A stretch of 63,672 bases of DNA, the filler included, from Gonapodya sp. JEL0774 (Eukaryota), in NCBI GenBank assembly GCA_027604505.1. It is 55 parts of 55 records of this genome, joined end to end, with 100 filler letters (N's around TTAATTAATTAA, not from the genome) between each part and the next. Parts side by side here need not be neighbours in the genome. Positions count along the whole stretch, not along the records: positions 11,667 to 12,731 come from JADIIX010004015.1; positions 12,832 to 13,896 come from JADIIX010004016.1; positions 13,997 to 15,061 come from JADIIX010004017.1; positions 15,162 to 16,226 come from JADIIX010004018.1; positions 16,327 to 17,391 come from JADIIX010004019.1; positions 17,492 to 18,555 come from JADIIX010004020.1; positions 18,656 to 19,719 come from JADIIX010004021.1; positions 19,820 to 20,883 come from JADIIX010004022.1; 47 more parts are not named here. One strand, given 5' to 3'. The notes beneath the pieces were generated by a model. The model was not told the origin of the DNA and ran no database searches. It saw only the letters and a list, made by a program, of their open reading frames with translations. Positions 12,548 through 24,606 of the stretch are shown here, in pieces. A program made the translations under genes and the position numbers. Position 1 is the first letter of the stretch, and each line of letters opens with the position of its first letter.

Positions 12548-12934
12548 AGTTTTCTTCTGGACGCATGATTTCTAGTGGCCTGGGCCGCCAGCGTATGTGT
12601 ACTTACATTATATGGGCTAGTGTTCTTATATAGTTACATTCATTCATTCCGCTGTCGGATTAACTCGATCGAATTCCATTATCCCTTGTCACTGGTCGGC
12701 TGGAATCCCACATCAGCTGCTATTGCTGCGTNNNNNNNNNNNNNNNNNNNNNNNNNNNNNNNNNNNNNNNNNNNNTTAATTAATTAANNNNNNNNNNNNN
12801 NNNNNNNNNNNNNNNNNNNNNNNNNNNNNNNCTGCTGAATATCCTGAGCACAAATTCTTTGAAGTAATGTATCCTACTAAGCATCAGACATCTCATGACA
12901 AATCATCTCTCTACCAAGGTACAACTCCAAGACC

Positions 12935-13896
12935 TCAGCTGCTCCAAAGAGGTGGTAAATTCTGTTGGTTCACTTGTCCTTTCCCTGTTTTTCTGGAAAC
13001 ACTCCTTTGACCTTTAAGAGACTGTGAGTTATGTGTGCTGTCAGATTTATGAATTGGTGGATTGTGCAAAGTATGTGAAATGTGATTAACCTTGGAATTA
13101 ATATCTGGAGTATCCTCATCTGAAGAGATCCCAATAATGTCAACTGGCAGAGTATTTCTGGATTCCAGCACATTTTACCAAAGTTCAGAATCACTCTGAC
13201 TGATGCAACCCAGCCAATAGGAAAGATTATCTTTAAAAAGGTCCTGCTTAATTTTTTGCTCTGTCTGTTTACCATTTGCATCTTCCAGTGAATCCTTTAG
13301 GGGAAAGTTTACAAGGGCACATTAGTTTCAAAAACCACCTTTGATAAGAGAGTAAACAAACAACCTCTAATGTTGTAAGATAATCCTTCTGAATTTCAGC
13401 AAGGCATACCAAGAGTTTTTCCATACCATGGCAACTGCAAGCATGCAGGGCAATGTTAATGAAATTGGGGGCATTTCCAAATAGGTTTTCCACCATATAT
13501 CTAGAGCTGTCATGATGATGAGCATCCATGGATGCCCATTGCTTTGTAGTCATAATTGATTCTACAAGTGTTGGTGTTGGGGGAACTGTCTGAAGAAGAC
13601 GAGTAAAACTGAGTTGAGCCTCTGGGTAATCTGTAATGAGTTATCATTTAGTCAGTAGGTGATGTATACTTGCACAATGGAATACCTTTCCAGAATATGT
13701 CATACACAGATATTCCAAGAACAAAGGACTCAATGGATTCAATTTTGCCACCAAGCTCTCCTATTAGAAGCTCCCAGGAGGCAATTTGTTCAAAAGCATC
13801 CCATGACAGTGATTGAAATATCATAATTGCAGCTCCTGATCCAAATAAGGAAAAGCATCTCATAAGCAACTTAGATGAAAGTTTCCAAAGCTTTGG
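12935..13896 (-). CDS. INTS3: Integrator subunit 3 (INTS3/SOSS-A)-like, C-terminal region
   Basis: IFQSLSWDAFEQIASWELL, a 55-nt intron (13631-13685), then DYPEA..LLQTVPPT..LVESIM; resembles the remembered INTS3 block QSLDWETFEQ..W.L...HPEA....P...V. Confidence 0.65.
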
Positions 13897-13996
13897 NNNN
13901 NNNNNNNNNNNNNNNNNNNNNNNNNNNNNNNNNNNNNNNNTTAATTAATTAANNNNNNNNNNNNNNNNNNNNNNNNNNNNNNNNNNNNNNNNNNNN

Positions 13997-15061
13997 GCAG
14001 CCATGGCTTTCATGGCTCCATCGTCCATCGCCCAAACCACCACACCCCCCATCAACCTGACGGGTGTGAGTAGTGACTGGCCCTGGAGCGACATCGAAGG
14101 GTCGAAAACTGCTGAAAGGAAACAGGGATTGTGGGAGTGCGCTCGTCTCAGAATTTTGTCTCGGCCTCCTTTGGTTTTGTGCGGCCGATGCAGGAGGACA
14201 TTGATCCGTACTTGTTGGGTGACAGTCTCGCTCATACACCTTTGGAATAGGTCGATTACACTACCATCAACGGAGACCTTGTTACGGTGAACATTCTAAA
14301 CCAGGGAGTGAAGCAACCCAGGGTATGTGCCATGATGGTTATTTCCCTGCCCGATTCCTACCATTTCATTCTCCGACATCTTTTAGGTCATCAACATCAC
14401 CGATGTGATGATTCACCTGAACAGTGAGAAGGATTTTTGCATGATTTTGCCACCCACACCCAATGTTTTGATCCCCGACCACGGTGAGTGGAATCTCCAC
14501 CCGGAAGTATGACGTCACATGTGCTTGACAACATTATTCCGTACACAAACCTCAGAGTATGACGCTCTCGCGTACTGTACGACTGGCCCGCAGCGTCTCA
14601 TCCCCCCCGGATTCGTCTACTCTGCGCACTTTTACAAGGCCGTTGACGCAAACGGAGTTGAGGTGTTCTCTCAGGTGCGGTGTCCCGTGGATTTCCACCA
14701 CATCCAGCACTCGAGCTGTCACTGACAATTGCTCTCATATTCGACATTCAGCTCACCGGTCTTTACAATGAATCCGCCTTCCCCCTCGTACCCGGTGACA
14801 CTGGAGGTCAATTCGACAGCAACGGCATTGGTTGTGGAACCAAGGGATGTCCTCCCCTTGCTACGTGCTCAGGCCATGATACTTTTATCCAACTCATTGG
14901 AAACAGGTGAGCGCTCGTCATGAGCCTGATCGTGGTTGGACTGATTAACGGTGTCATTGTCGTATCAGCATCTACTGCATGCGCTGTTGCAAAGACCACC
15001 GATACTGCCCAGACACATTTGACACTCTCGGATGTCTTCGCCAGCAGGGTGGTAACTACGG
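13997..15061 (+). CDS. Cys-rich, probably secreted fungal protein (multi-exon)
   Basis: Spliced DFCMILPP..E..A.AYCT..IP.G.V.SAHF..SQLTG..GGQFDS..C.G...FIQL..YCMRCC...C....GC is a pattern I recall from fungal 'macrophage-activating glycoprotein'-like proteins. Confidence 0.6.
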
Positions 15062-15161
15062 NNNNNNNNNNNNNNNNNNNNNNNNNNNNNNNNNNNNNNN
15101 NNNNNTTAATTAATTAANNNNNNNNNNNNNNNNNNNNNNNNNNNNNNNNNNNNNNNNNNNN

Positions 15162-15600
15162 AGAGGCGTTTTTGTTCCTGGATGTTGCAAAGCGTCTGCG
15201 GAAGGTGAGGGAACTCCATGTCGGAGCAAAGTGAACCCCACGGCCCACATCCAACTTGTTCTTCTGCTATTTTATGCACTGTGCAGATCTTCTTCAGAAT
15301 GTTTCTCCCAGCTGGTACCCTCATAGGGATCCGCCTTGTTTACAGTCCTGATGCTATCACGGCTGGGAAAATTGACGACCCACTGTTTTTTGAAACGCCA
15401 TGGTACATTCTGGTCGCCGGGTTCGGTAAGTCATACTAGTGTCCAGACTTCTGGCAAACTTGAATAAGCACAGCGTCTTCCTTTCATCATTGCAATTGCT
15501 TTGTGTATGCATCCGCATGTCTCACCTCCAGAGTGTGCTGCTTTGGCGACATTCAGTTGGCCCAGGGATGCGTTCGCTTTTTTGGAACTACCAGGTTTGC
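15162..15600 (+). CDS. Hypothetical membrane protein fragment
   Basis: Hydrophobic exons bounded by GT-AG introns; no family recognised. Confidence 0.3.
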
Positions 15601-16326
15601 CACGGACTCCTCGGGATTAGTACAGTCTTGGAAAGCAACGGACTCTCCGATTCCATTCTAACCTCATTGTGCGTGGAGATGCATGCATCATCAATCGTAG
15701 AAGATAATAGCCACGGCATACACAGATTGTTAATAATCTGATTGTACAAATATGCAACTAGAGCTACTCAGACGATTGGGATTTGACGTCGTTTTTGCTT
15801 CGACCTCTATGAATGTTCTTAGGATGACTGCTCCACATGGTACCCCATATTCGTAAAATTCATATTCCAGTGAATGCTCTCTAGGATTCTTAGATTCATT
15901 ACACTATATTACATTGTCTTCATTATAAATAATTGCCAGACTAGAGGTCCCTACGGGATTTGTGATTGCGTGACGTCAACGACAGAGAAGAACTCTGAAG
16001 TGTTTCTGTGTGCAAGCCATGGACAGATGGAGAACGTGTAGTTTCGGTCATTTGGAGACCCAAATCAAGAATGGCTTTGCAAGCTTGGCAACGGAAAATG
16101 ACCACTGGGATGAAATGACTGTGGTGGTTTGGTCATGGGAGGCCACGTGCCCAGAGCTTTCTAGAGTTGAGTCAGATGGATGAAGAGACATTCGCTTGTA
16201 GGGCAACGCTGCCGCGGTGACGGGGGNNNNNNNNNNNNNNNNNNNNNNNNNNNNNNNNNNNNNNNNNNNNTTAATTAATTAANNNNNNNNNNNNNNNNNN
16301 NNNNNNNNNNNNNNNNNNNNNNNNNN

Positions 16327-16943
16327 GTCAAATTTGTTATTGGCGCGGTGAAGTTACTGATTTCCATTCCGGAGTGGCCGTCACGATACCAAAACTGGCA
16401 GGCAAAGCGAAGAACAGCTGTCGAACAAAAATTAGCTGAGGAAGCGGATCTGCGACGGCAAGAAGAGGAAGCCGTTCGAGAAGCAGCCGAGCTCGAAGCC
16501 GAGCGCAGTCGATTGAAGGAGCAAAAGGAGGCAAAGAAGCGACGCAAGAGGGTGGCTCGAGAGCAAAAGATAGAGGAGGCCGCTCTGGCAAAGTCCAAAG
16601 TGACTGATTTGCAGCCTGGATCCGCCAGCAAAGGGCCCGGTCAGTCGGTTGGGTCGAACTCTGAATCCGAAAATGGGGAGCGCACGAATACCTCGGATAT
16701 TTGGGAGCCCCATGAGCTCAGTAGAATGGGCGAACTATTGAAAAAGTTTCCTTCGGGAAAAACGGGTCGGGTGAGCTCCATTATGCACACAGTTCCCACT
16801 CAAGTTTGTGAGGTGATCGTGTCGTTTCCCTTGGACACAGTATGTTCTCGTCGCTCGCGTTCTCAAACGACCAGTAGATCAAGTGAGCAAGCTGGCCAAG
16901 GTACTTGCGAAAGATTCCGGCTTGTTGAAATCCACCGAGCCGG
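16327..16943 (+). CDS. Charged coiled-coil protein with C-terminal SANT/Myb-like motif (possibly DNAJC1-like), 3' part
   Basis: E/K/R-rich helix, then W...EL..M..LLKKFPSG..GR. Confidence 0.45.
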
Positions 16944-17062
16944 TGAATATTTCGGAATGGATCTGAGCATGTTCCAACAGTATCGCGTAGTAGTATTGCA
17001 TATAGAGTTGATACTGATTATACGGTCTAAAAATATTGTAACAGTGCGTAACAGATGCAAAT

Positions 17063-17391
17063 CTAAATTGAAACGAACCAGCGACGTGTTCGGAAGAAAA
17101 TGATTAAAAGCAACGCAACCAGCAGACACAACATCCAAAAGTACAAGTATCCGTAGTCCCAATCCAGCTCGGGTATGTTTGAGAAGTTAGTCCCATCTGT
17201 ATTATGTAAAGTGTAAGGTCAATTGGACGGCTCCAACCAGTACAACATGAAATATCCCACAACCACTCACAAACTCCAGCCAAGAAAGTGAGGGGCAAAA
17301 AAACTATATTGGCGACCGTGAGAGTTTGCATCGTTTGATTCTGGTAGAAGGCTAGGGAGTTGAAAATGAGGTTGATTAGATCCTCGGCCAC
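17063..17391 (-). CDS. CorA-family divalent cation transporter, C-terminal TM region
   Basis: NQTMQTLT...IVFLPLTFLAGV-YGTNF..IPELDWDYGYLYFW; one intron; stop at 17063. Confidence 0.88.
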
Positions 17392-17558
17392 NNNNNNNNN
17401 NNNNNNNNNNNNNNNNNNNNNNNNNNNNNNNNNNNTTAATTAATTAANNNNNNNNNNNNNNNNNNNNNNNNNNNNNNNNNNNNNNNNNNNNAGGCGCACG
17501 TGCAACGAAACCACCACATACGTTTCAGAAACACACCCACGCTGCTCTCTTAGCCACT

Positions 17559-18555
17559 TCATATCCCCATCTCCTTCAATACCTCACCACCCCACAAACT
17601 ACCCTTGATCGCCACTTCCCCAGCAACCTCCATATCCCTCATCACCCCGCTCCCCCAATCCTCACCCACCCCTGTTCCCGGAACTGCCTGTAGCTCTTTA
17701 GGACTCGCAGAGATGGTATCCCCACCAGACGACGATCCAGACCCGCCGGATGCGGCCGAAGAAGCTACCATCGTAACTGTCCCGCTGACATCAGACGGTC
17801 TCACGGCGTGACCCGGGACGAACGACAAGGGTCTCGACGCAGAAGCCGCCGTTGGAGGTCTGTCTCGCTCGCGATCATGGGCCATGGACGACGGTGCCCG
17901 AGACCACAGCGAGGTGGCGAGGGAAGGCGTAGCAGACACCGGTCGAGCTCCACGGGTAGACTGCGGGCGAACGCCACCGCTGAGCAACCCACGGGCGATA
18001 TCCATAATGGTGGGTGTCGTTGGTGTGGGTGTGCTCGAGTTTGTTTGCGGGGTGTTGGGTCGTGCCGTGTGAGTGGTTTGCGGAGTCGGCGGACGAGGGT
18101 CAGGAAGAGGCTCTGGTGTTCGCATGCGAGTACTAGCGCGGGGAGGAAGAGAGGTTGATTTTTCCACAACCGAGAATGCCAAAGGACTTGAGTGGAGATT
18201 GTGACTTTGTCCAAGCTCATGGGTCTGATTGTACTGATATGGATTTTCGAACACACTTGTCCTCGAACGCGGTGCTGGTGCTTCTTGTGACATCACAGCG
18301 GCACCCCACGATCTTCGATTCTCCCTGTTTCTCTCTTGGGCAAGAGGTTCATCGCACACTCCATACACTGGCACCTGCGCCTGTGCATACACCTGTGCTT
18401 CTATCTGTCTCACCACCACGGGTAATTGAGCAACCTGCGGAGGTAAATCCCACGTCGCAACCCTTGCTACATCGTTCTTCGCCCTCAAAGTCGTGATTGC
18501 TCGGCCTGTGCCGACAGATCCTCTGCCTGCACGGTTCCCCAGAGCAGTGTTCTCC
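17559..18555 (-). CDS. Hypothetical Ser/Pro/Thr-rich protein, 3' part
   Basis: Long low-complexity ORF (over 300 aa). Confidence 0.45.
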
Positions 18556-18655
18556 NNNNNNNNNNNNNNNNNNNNNNNNNNNNNNNNNNNNNNNNNNNNT
18601 TAATTAATTAANNNNNNNNNNNNNNNNNNNNNNNNNNNNNNNNNNNNNNNNNNNN

Positions 18656-19719
18656 GAACATGAAGTTACGATATGAGTCTCCAAGTTCTGATGTTTCATT
18701 CACCTCATGGACGCTCCGAACTTGTTTTGGTTCGCTTCCGCTTGCTTTCGATCCAAAAATGGTCCGACTTTGACGTACAGATAGACCGAGCTTTTCCACA
18801 AGTATTCTGTGTAGGTTGGTGTGTTACCGTCAGGGTCCTTGATAATGATGTCGTACGATTGCGGGGGTCCGGAGAGCGACGCTGCCTTTGCTTGAAGCAT
18901 CGAAAGGTAGGTGTTGTAAATGGTTTCGCTGGCCTGCCCTTGATACTTTAGATCCATCTGATAGTCTATGAATCTGCTATCTGGTATCAATTGAGCCGGG
19001 TTCGGGCTGGTGCACTGATTGTTGTTGTCCGCAGAAGCGATAGAATCACAAGTTACACCTCTGATACCCTTCAGTGATCTGTGGGCGGTAAGAACGGAGT
19101 TAATCTATGGTGTCGTTCTGTGGGCGAAGGATTATAGCCAGCGGCAGAGTCAGAGGAACTCACGGTGTGCATTCCGTTGACCCACAGAACGCAAAGTCCG
19201 ACCTTTTGAAGGCATCATTCACAGATTTGTCCAGCAATAGGTTGGAGCCTTTCATTGAGAATATTGGATAGATGTGCTGTAATTATAGAGTGGGACGGAA
19301 GACACCCTCACATGAGACTTGAAGTCATCATCCCATACTAAATCAAATATAATTCACTCTTACCTTTTGATCGTTCGACCAGAACACACTTGTGCAGCCA
19401 CCAGTTCTGAGAGGGAGCCCGGATGTATACCATGCATCTCCAATCCGCGCCGGACTGCCAGAGACTACATTACCTACGAACTTTCCAGCCGAAGCAATGG
19501 GTATGTTCTGACCGAACTGGACATTGTACATGCATTGTCCGTAACCGACACAATAAACAGCATTGTCGAAGACGGCGGTTTGAACGCTTGCAAACACATG
19601 ATTGCCATCAACCTGCAGACCAATCGTTTGGAGAGTGATAGCGGTTAGATCCCTTTCCATATTCCCGGGAAACCTTGAAAGAAGGAAGAGCCGATATAAC
19701 ATACGTTTTGAGTCCGACG
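18656..19719 (-). CDS. Hypothetical multi-exon protein (internal fragment)
   Basis: Consecutive open exons flanked by GTGAGT/CAG sites; no family recognised. Confidence 0.45.
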
Positions 19720-19819
19720 NNNNNNNNNNNNNNNNNNNNNNNNNNNNNNNNNNNNNNNNNNNNTTAATTAATTAANNNNNNNNNNNNNNNNNNNNNNNNN
19801 NNNNNNNNNNNNNNNNNNN

Positions 19820-20104
19820 AACGCACCCGTCGCACCTTCCGAGAGTGATCCCAACCAAAACACAGTACCACCCCCAATCGATCCAGAGGAACTCTTCCAA
19901 CGAGTTTTTCCCCCACTTGGAAGACTACCCGAGCCAGCGGGTCCTGCAGGCACTGTGCCGAGTGCCGGTGGCATGGGTTTGGGCAATGGGTTGGGTTTCA
20001 TGGATTCCGAACCGGAGATGATTCTACGAATGCTGGAAGCAGGGCGACCGCCCCAGCAAGATGAGCCCGGTGGAAGTGGAGATGATGACTTGGAGTTTCA
20101 GTGA
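19820..20104 (+). CDS. 3' end of hypothetical protein
   Basis: Open frame from the contig start to TGA at 20102 (..GGSGDDDLEFQ*). Confidence 0.35.
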   Translation, partial: NAPVAPSESDPNQNTVPPPIDPEELFQRVFPPLGRLPEPAGPAGTVPSAGGMGLGNGLGFMDSEPEMILRMLEAGRPPQQDEPGGSGDDDLEFQ

Positions 20105-20341
20105 GAATGAGTTTGTGTTGGAAGCATGATGGGGCTTGCATACATAATAACTGTGTCAATATATGTACAAAAAACGATAAAAGCACTTCAAGTTTGACTA
20201 CCACAATAGAAAATCTATGACGTGAGATTCCATCCTGAGATTGCCAACGGAGAATAATGTGTTCATGTGGAAGGAGAAGATGCTGCGGTCAAACGTTCTT
20301 CACTTCCATCCGCACTTTTCTCCAACAGTCCAAGAAACACT

Positions 20342-20883
20342 ATGGGGAAGCGCAAGAGACCAGGATTTGCGGTGGAGGACGTACCCGTCGAATCCGGCTT
20401 GTCCGCATCAGTTTCGAGTCTTGGTGGTGGGGTGCTGAGGGGGAATGCGGACACTTCCATGAGTGCGCGAACCTCGCAAACTGTCATTGAAGCTCACACT
20501 ACCGGGCAGCGGCGGCGGAAAATTTCTCATGATGAGGACGAGTATGAAGTCGATCATGGCGAGGACGGTTCCGCCGTTGACTCTGATAGTGGTGACCTTC
20601 AGGGCGAGCAGGAGAGTGGGGATGATGAAAACGACGATGACATTGCCGAGGATGGAGATAGTGAAAGTCTCGAGGAAAGTGGAAGTGAAAATGAAACAGA
20701 GGAGGAACGAGTGGAAAGCGAAGCTCCTGGAGAAGGTGAATTCAGTCCAAAATGCCAGAACGCCTCACCCCCCAGACTCATTTAGTATTCTATAGAACTC
20801 ATGGCAGTCAGCTCGGACCCTCGATTTGCTCTCTCGAGTGCCTTCTCGGATCGGTCGACCACCGTCATCACGACCAGCACCCC
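20342..20883 (+). CDS. 5' end of acidic, probably nuclear protein
   Basis: MGKRKRP (NLS-like) followed by a D/E-rich tract. Confidence 0.4.
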
Positions 20884-20983
20884 NNNNNNNNNNNNNNNNN
20901 NNNNNNNNNNNNNNNNNNNNNNNNNNNTTAATTAATTAANNNNNNNNNNNNNNNNNNNNNNNNNNNNNNNNNNNNNNNNNNNN

Positions 20984-22046
20984 AGGGTGAGACTGAACGA
21001 ACGGCAACTTCGGATTTAGTGGAGCCGTGCGACTTATGAGTCGACAATGCAGGCAGAGTAGGTCTGATCCCTGTCGCTGGACCCTCCGACAACTGCGCTC
21101 CAGACTTCGCGGTCTTCCTACGTCCGCCTTTCTCCAACTGCAATTCTTTGTCTGGCTCGACCTCAGGCTCTTGTGGAACCACTTTCTTACCCTTCACCTT
21201 GCGTTCACCAGCAGTTGCTGGAGTGTGAGAGGCAACGCCCGAAAAAGCACCTCCGGTGCTCGCACTGCTACTCCCAGGATCAGTGACGTCGTGCTCTGAT
21301 GTTCTTGCTATTTTTCGGCCTCTTCGGCCTCCCTTGGGTTCATGTGCGGTGGGAAGGTCCGACAGCGGTATCTCTATGTCGGCCTTGCGTTTCCGTGTCA
21401 GTTTTGGAGGGTGCTCCACTTCCACTTCCATCACCGCTAAAGAGGATGTGAACGCAGCTGCACCTTTGCGTGCGGGTGCCGGTACTATGGCCACTGAAGC
21501 TAAATCCTCAGATTCCGCTTTGGGAGAGTCTACAACTGCGCGCACCTTTTTGACAGCCGATCGCTTGGTCGCTGGGCCTTCGCTCAAAGACGGCTCGTCA
21601 GAGGAAGCATCCACGTCGAATTTTCGCTTCCCTCGAGTCTTGGGTTCCGGCGCTGCCGCGTCGTCAGTGGGCACGATTTCCTTACTCACCGCGATTGCGG
21701 TCTTGCTGCGTCCTTTAGGGGCAACTGCTGTGTTGGCTTGCACAGCATCATTGACGCTCTTGCGGCGTTTGTTTCCCATCGAGGATTCACCAGGGACCTC
21801 GGCAGCTGGAGTTCCCGTCTTGAGGGAAAGGGCATCCTCCGCTGCGGCTTCTTGATGTGCTGGTAACCCTACCACCTGTGCTGGAGCTGGTGTAGCAGTT
21901 GGTGGGAGCTGGTCATTCACCACTGTAACGTCTGTATCCTGGCGTACTTCTGTGCTCGCGCTAACAATAGCTGTTTTTCGTCTCCCTTTTCCTGCTGTCG
22001 CGGGTGCGGTTTCGCCCTCTACTTGGGTGGTATGGCGGCGCTGTCG
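20984..22046 (-). CDS. Hypothetical disordered basic protein (internal fragment)
   Basis: Long open frame with recurring TRGKRK/TRKRK/GRRK basic motifs. Confidence 0.5.
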
Positions 22047-22146
22047 NNNNNNNNNNNNNNNNNNNNNNNNNNNNNNNNNNNNNNNNNNNNTTAATTAATT
22101 AANNNNNNNNNNNNNNNNNNNNNNNNNNNNNNNNNNNNNNNNNNNN

Positions 22147-23209
22147 TGCGCAGTCGAGATCGCCGCACAGACTATGGCCACCGAGTGAGTTCCTTGTACA
22201 CTCTTCCGGTCGCCCTTCCGCCGTACACTGCAACACGTAACATCCTTCCTTTTACCTACCTTCCCCCTCACCGTTCCCCTCCTCCCTCATCCCCCCTTCA
22301 GCTCCGTCAAACCCGTCTCGACCCGCTCCATGATGCAAGTGGCCGGGTTCGACATGACCAAGCGGGCGGCCGATCAGGCGTACAAGGTCGCGGGGATAGA
22401 CCCTAAGAGGGACGTCGGGGTGGTGGAACTGCACGATTGTTTCAGTGCGAATGAGGTGAGTGGGGGTGGGGTGGGGTGGGGTGGGGTGAGATGGGGGAGT
22501 GTCACCGTACCCACTAACCACTGCTCTCTCCTCCACATCCTCTCCTTCCCCCCCCCCCTCCCGCCTCCCAGCTCATCACCTACGACGCACTCTCGCTCGT
22601 CGAGCCAGGCACTGCTCACAAGCTCATCGAATCGGGGAACGCGACCCACGGTGGAAAGTACGTGATCAACCCGTCTGGCGGGCTGATATCAAAGGGACAC
22701 CCGCTGGGAGCTACGGGGTTGGCACAGTGTGCGGAGTTGAACTGGCAGTTGAGGGGGTGGTGTGAGTTTGAACTTGGCGGGGACCGGGGTGCGGGGAGGT
22801 GGTGTGGAAGTATGGCCGGCTGACGCGTGTGTGTCGTTGGTGTACGTACACAGGTGGCAAACGCCAGGTCCCTAACCTCCGGTACGCGCTGCAGCACAAT
22901 GTGGGCCTCGGGGGCGCGGTGGTCGTGTCGGTGTACAAGAAGGCCAAGTTCGCGGACGGGGCAGAGGAAAAGACTGAGGGGTGGCAAGGTGGGTTGGGGG
23001 TGAATGAGGTGGACGGGGTCGGGATACTCGTATCGGTGACTGATGTGAATCTCGTGGAATTTTTTCGCACCCACGGTGACACCACCGCACCACCGCACCA
23101 CCGCACGGCACCATCCCCACCGGCACACCGCTGCACCTCAAGACCCCCGGGAGCGTTTCGGGTACAACCCTGCGCTGGAAGCACGTCTCATCAGTGCGGA
23201 GGATCTTTC
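22147..23209 (+). CDS. SCP2: SCP-x-type thiolase (sterol carrier protein 2 thiolase), C-terminal part
   Basis: [60 protein letters not shown] and GYNPA.EAR. Confidence 0.95.
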
Positions 23210-23309
23210 NNNNNNNNNNNNNNNNNNNNNNNNNNNNNNNNNNNNNNNNNNNNTTAATTAATTAANNNNNNNNNNNNNNNNNNNNNNNNNNNNNNNNNNN
23301 NNNNNNNNN

Positions 23310-24371
23310 AGCGCAAACAGATCAAGACGATTGTTGGCAGTATGGCCAGCCAAGTCAATCAGACAGTCGATCTTATCCGCCATGACGATATCCCGCAGCT
23401 CAATGACGCCTTTATCTGCCACTGTAGTCACTTTTGTTGCCCTGAGACCCTGTAAATCGGTAGGAAGATATTGATTTGACGTTACATATAGGATCACATC
23501 GAATTTAGTATGATTATGATGGTTGAGAAGTGCTGCGGTAAAGAGACCCACGGCATGGCCGTGAAAATCTGCCCCAATATAGGCAATTCGGACTTTCCGA
23601 CTACCAATAGCTGTCATGGGCCAAGTTGAAGGTTTTGCTCCTGTTTGCTCTTGGACACGTGCGTAGAGATGATTCATCGAGTTAGTGTGCGCATATGGCC
23701 ATCCACGTCGTATCTGGTCTTTTGCACATTCAAGGCTGCATTCAGGGAGGAGTTTTACTGGCGATTTCATCGCAAGGGGTTCTATCAGAGTCTCGAGTTG
23801 CGGTTCGTCTTCATGGAGATACAGAAGATTCATGAGAATATTTTGGTAGTTCAGTGGGTTCTCCGGGTCCAATCGAGAAGCATTGACATACGACTTGAGT
23901 GTTTGCACAATATCACCGTTGGAGGAATAGTAAAAAGCAAGGTTTCCCAGTATGCGGGACTTGCCAGCATTGTCCGCTGCCAACAAAAACGCCCGGTCCA
24001 GTGCGTTCTTCACATCTGAATGCTTTTCCCAGATATTTGCCAGGAGCATGGTTATGGCTCGTTGATTCCAAAGCTCTCCATCAAGAGGTCTCCATGTTAT
24101 TCCCCACCGGATAACATCATTAGCCAGACCATGATGCTTGAGCATCTTCAGACAATCGGCAAGCCCTGCGTAGGCAGCTTGCTGCCGTGGCTGACAGCCA
24201 ATGGACCTTTCGAAGAGTCCTATCGCCTCCATATATTTTCCTGCATTCCGTAGACTCCCTGCAAAGAGGCAGAGCACCATTGGCTCATTGGGGTCAACTT
24301 GTAATGCTTCTCCGAGATACATGGCATAATTTTCAGGGTCAAGTGACGCACATGTGTTAAGTATATGCAAA
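23310..24371 (-). CDS. TPR plus GT41 glycosyltransferase, SPINDLY-like (internal, intronless)
   Basis: Divergent TPRs, then KVRIAYIGADFHGHAVGLF..LL.HH...FDV..Y and DKIDCLIDLAGHTANNRL. Confidence 0.88.
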
Positions 24372-24606
24372 NNNNNNNNNNNNNNNNNNNNNNNNNNNNN
24401 NNNNNNNNNNNNNNNTTAATTAATTAANNNNNNNNNNNNNNNNNNNNNNNNNNNNNNNNNNNNNNNNNNNNGTCGAAAGGGGCAAAGAGTGAAGCTCTGG
24501 TGCCTTCTCCACAATCTCGGTTGCGGTGACAGCGAGTACAGGCGGAGGAATCTCCGTTTTACCCGGAGGTGCTGGTCGTTGTGTCTGCAAGGTCAAAAAG
24601 CCATAC

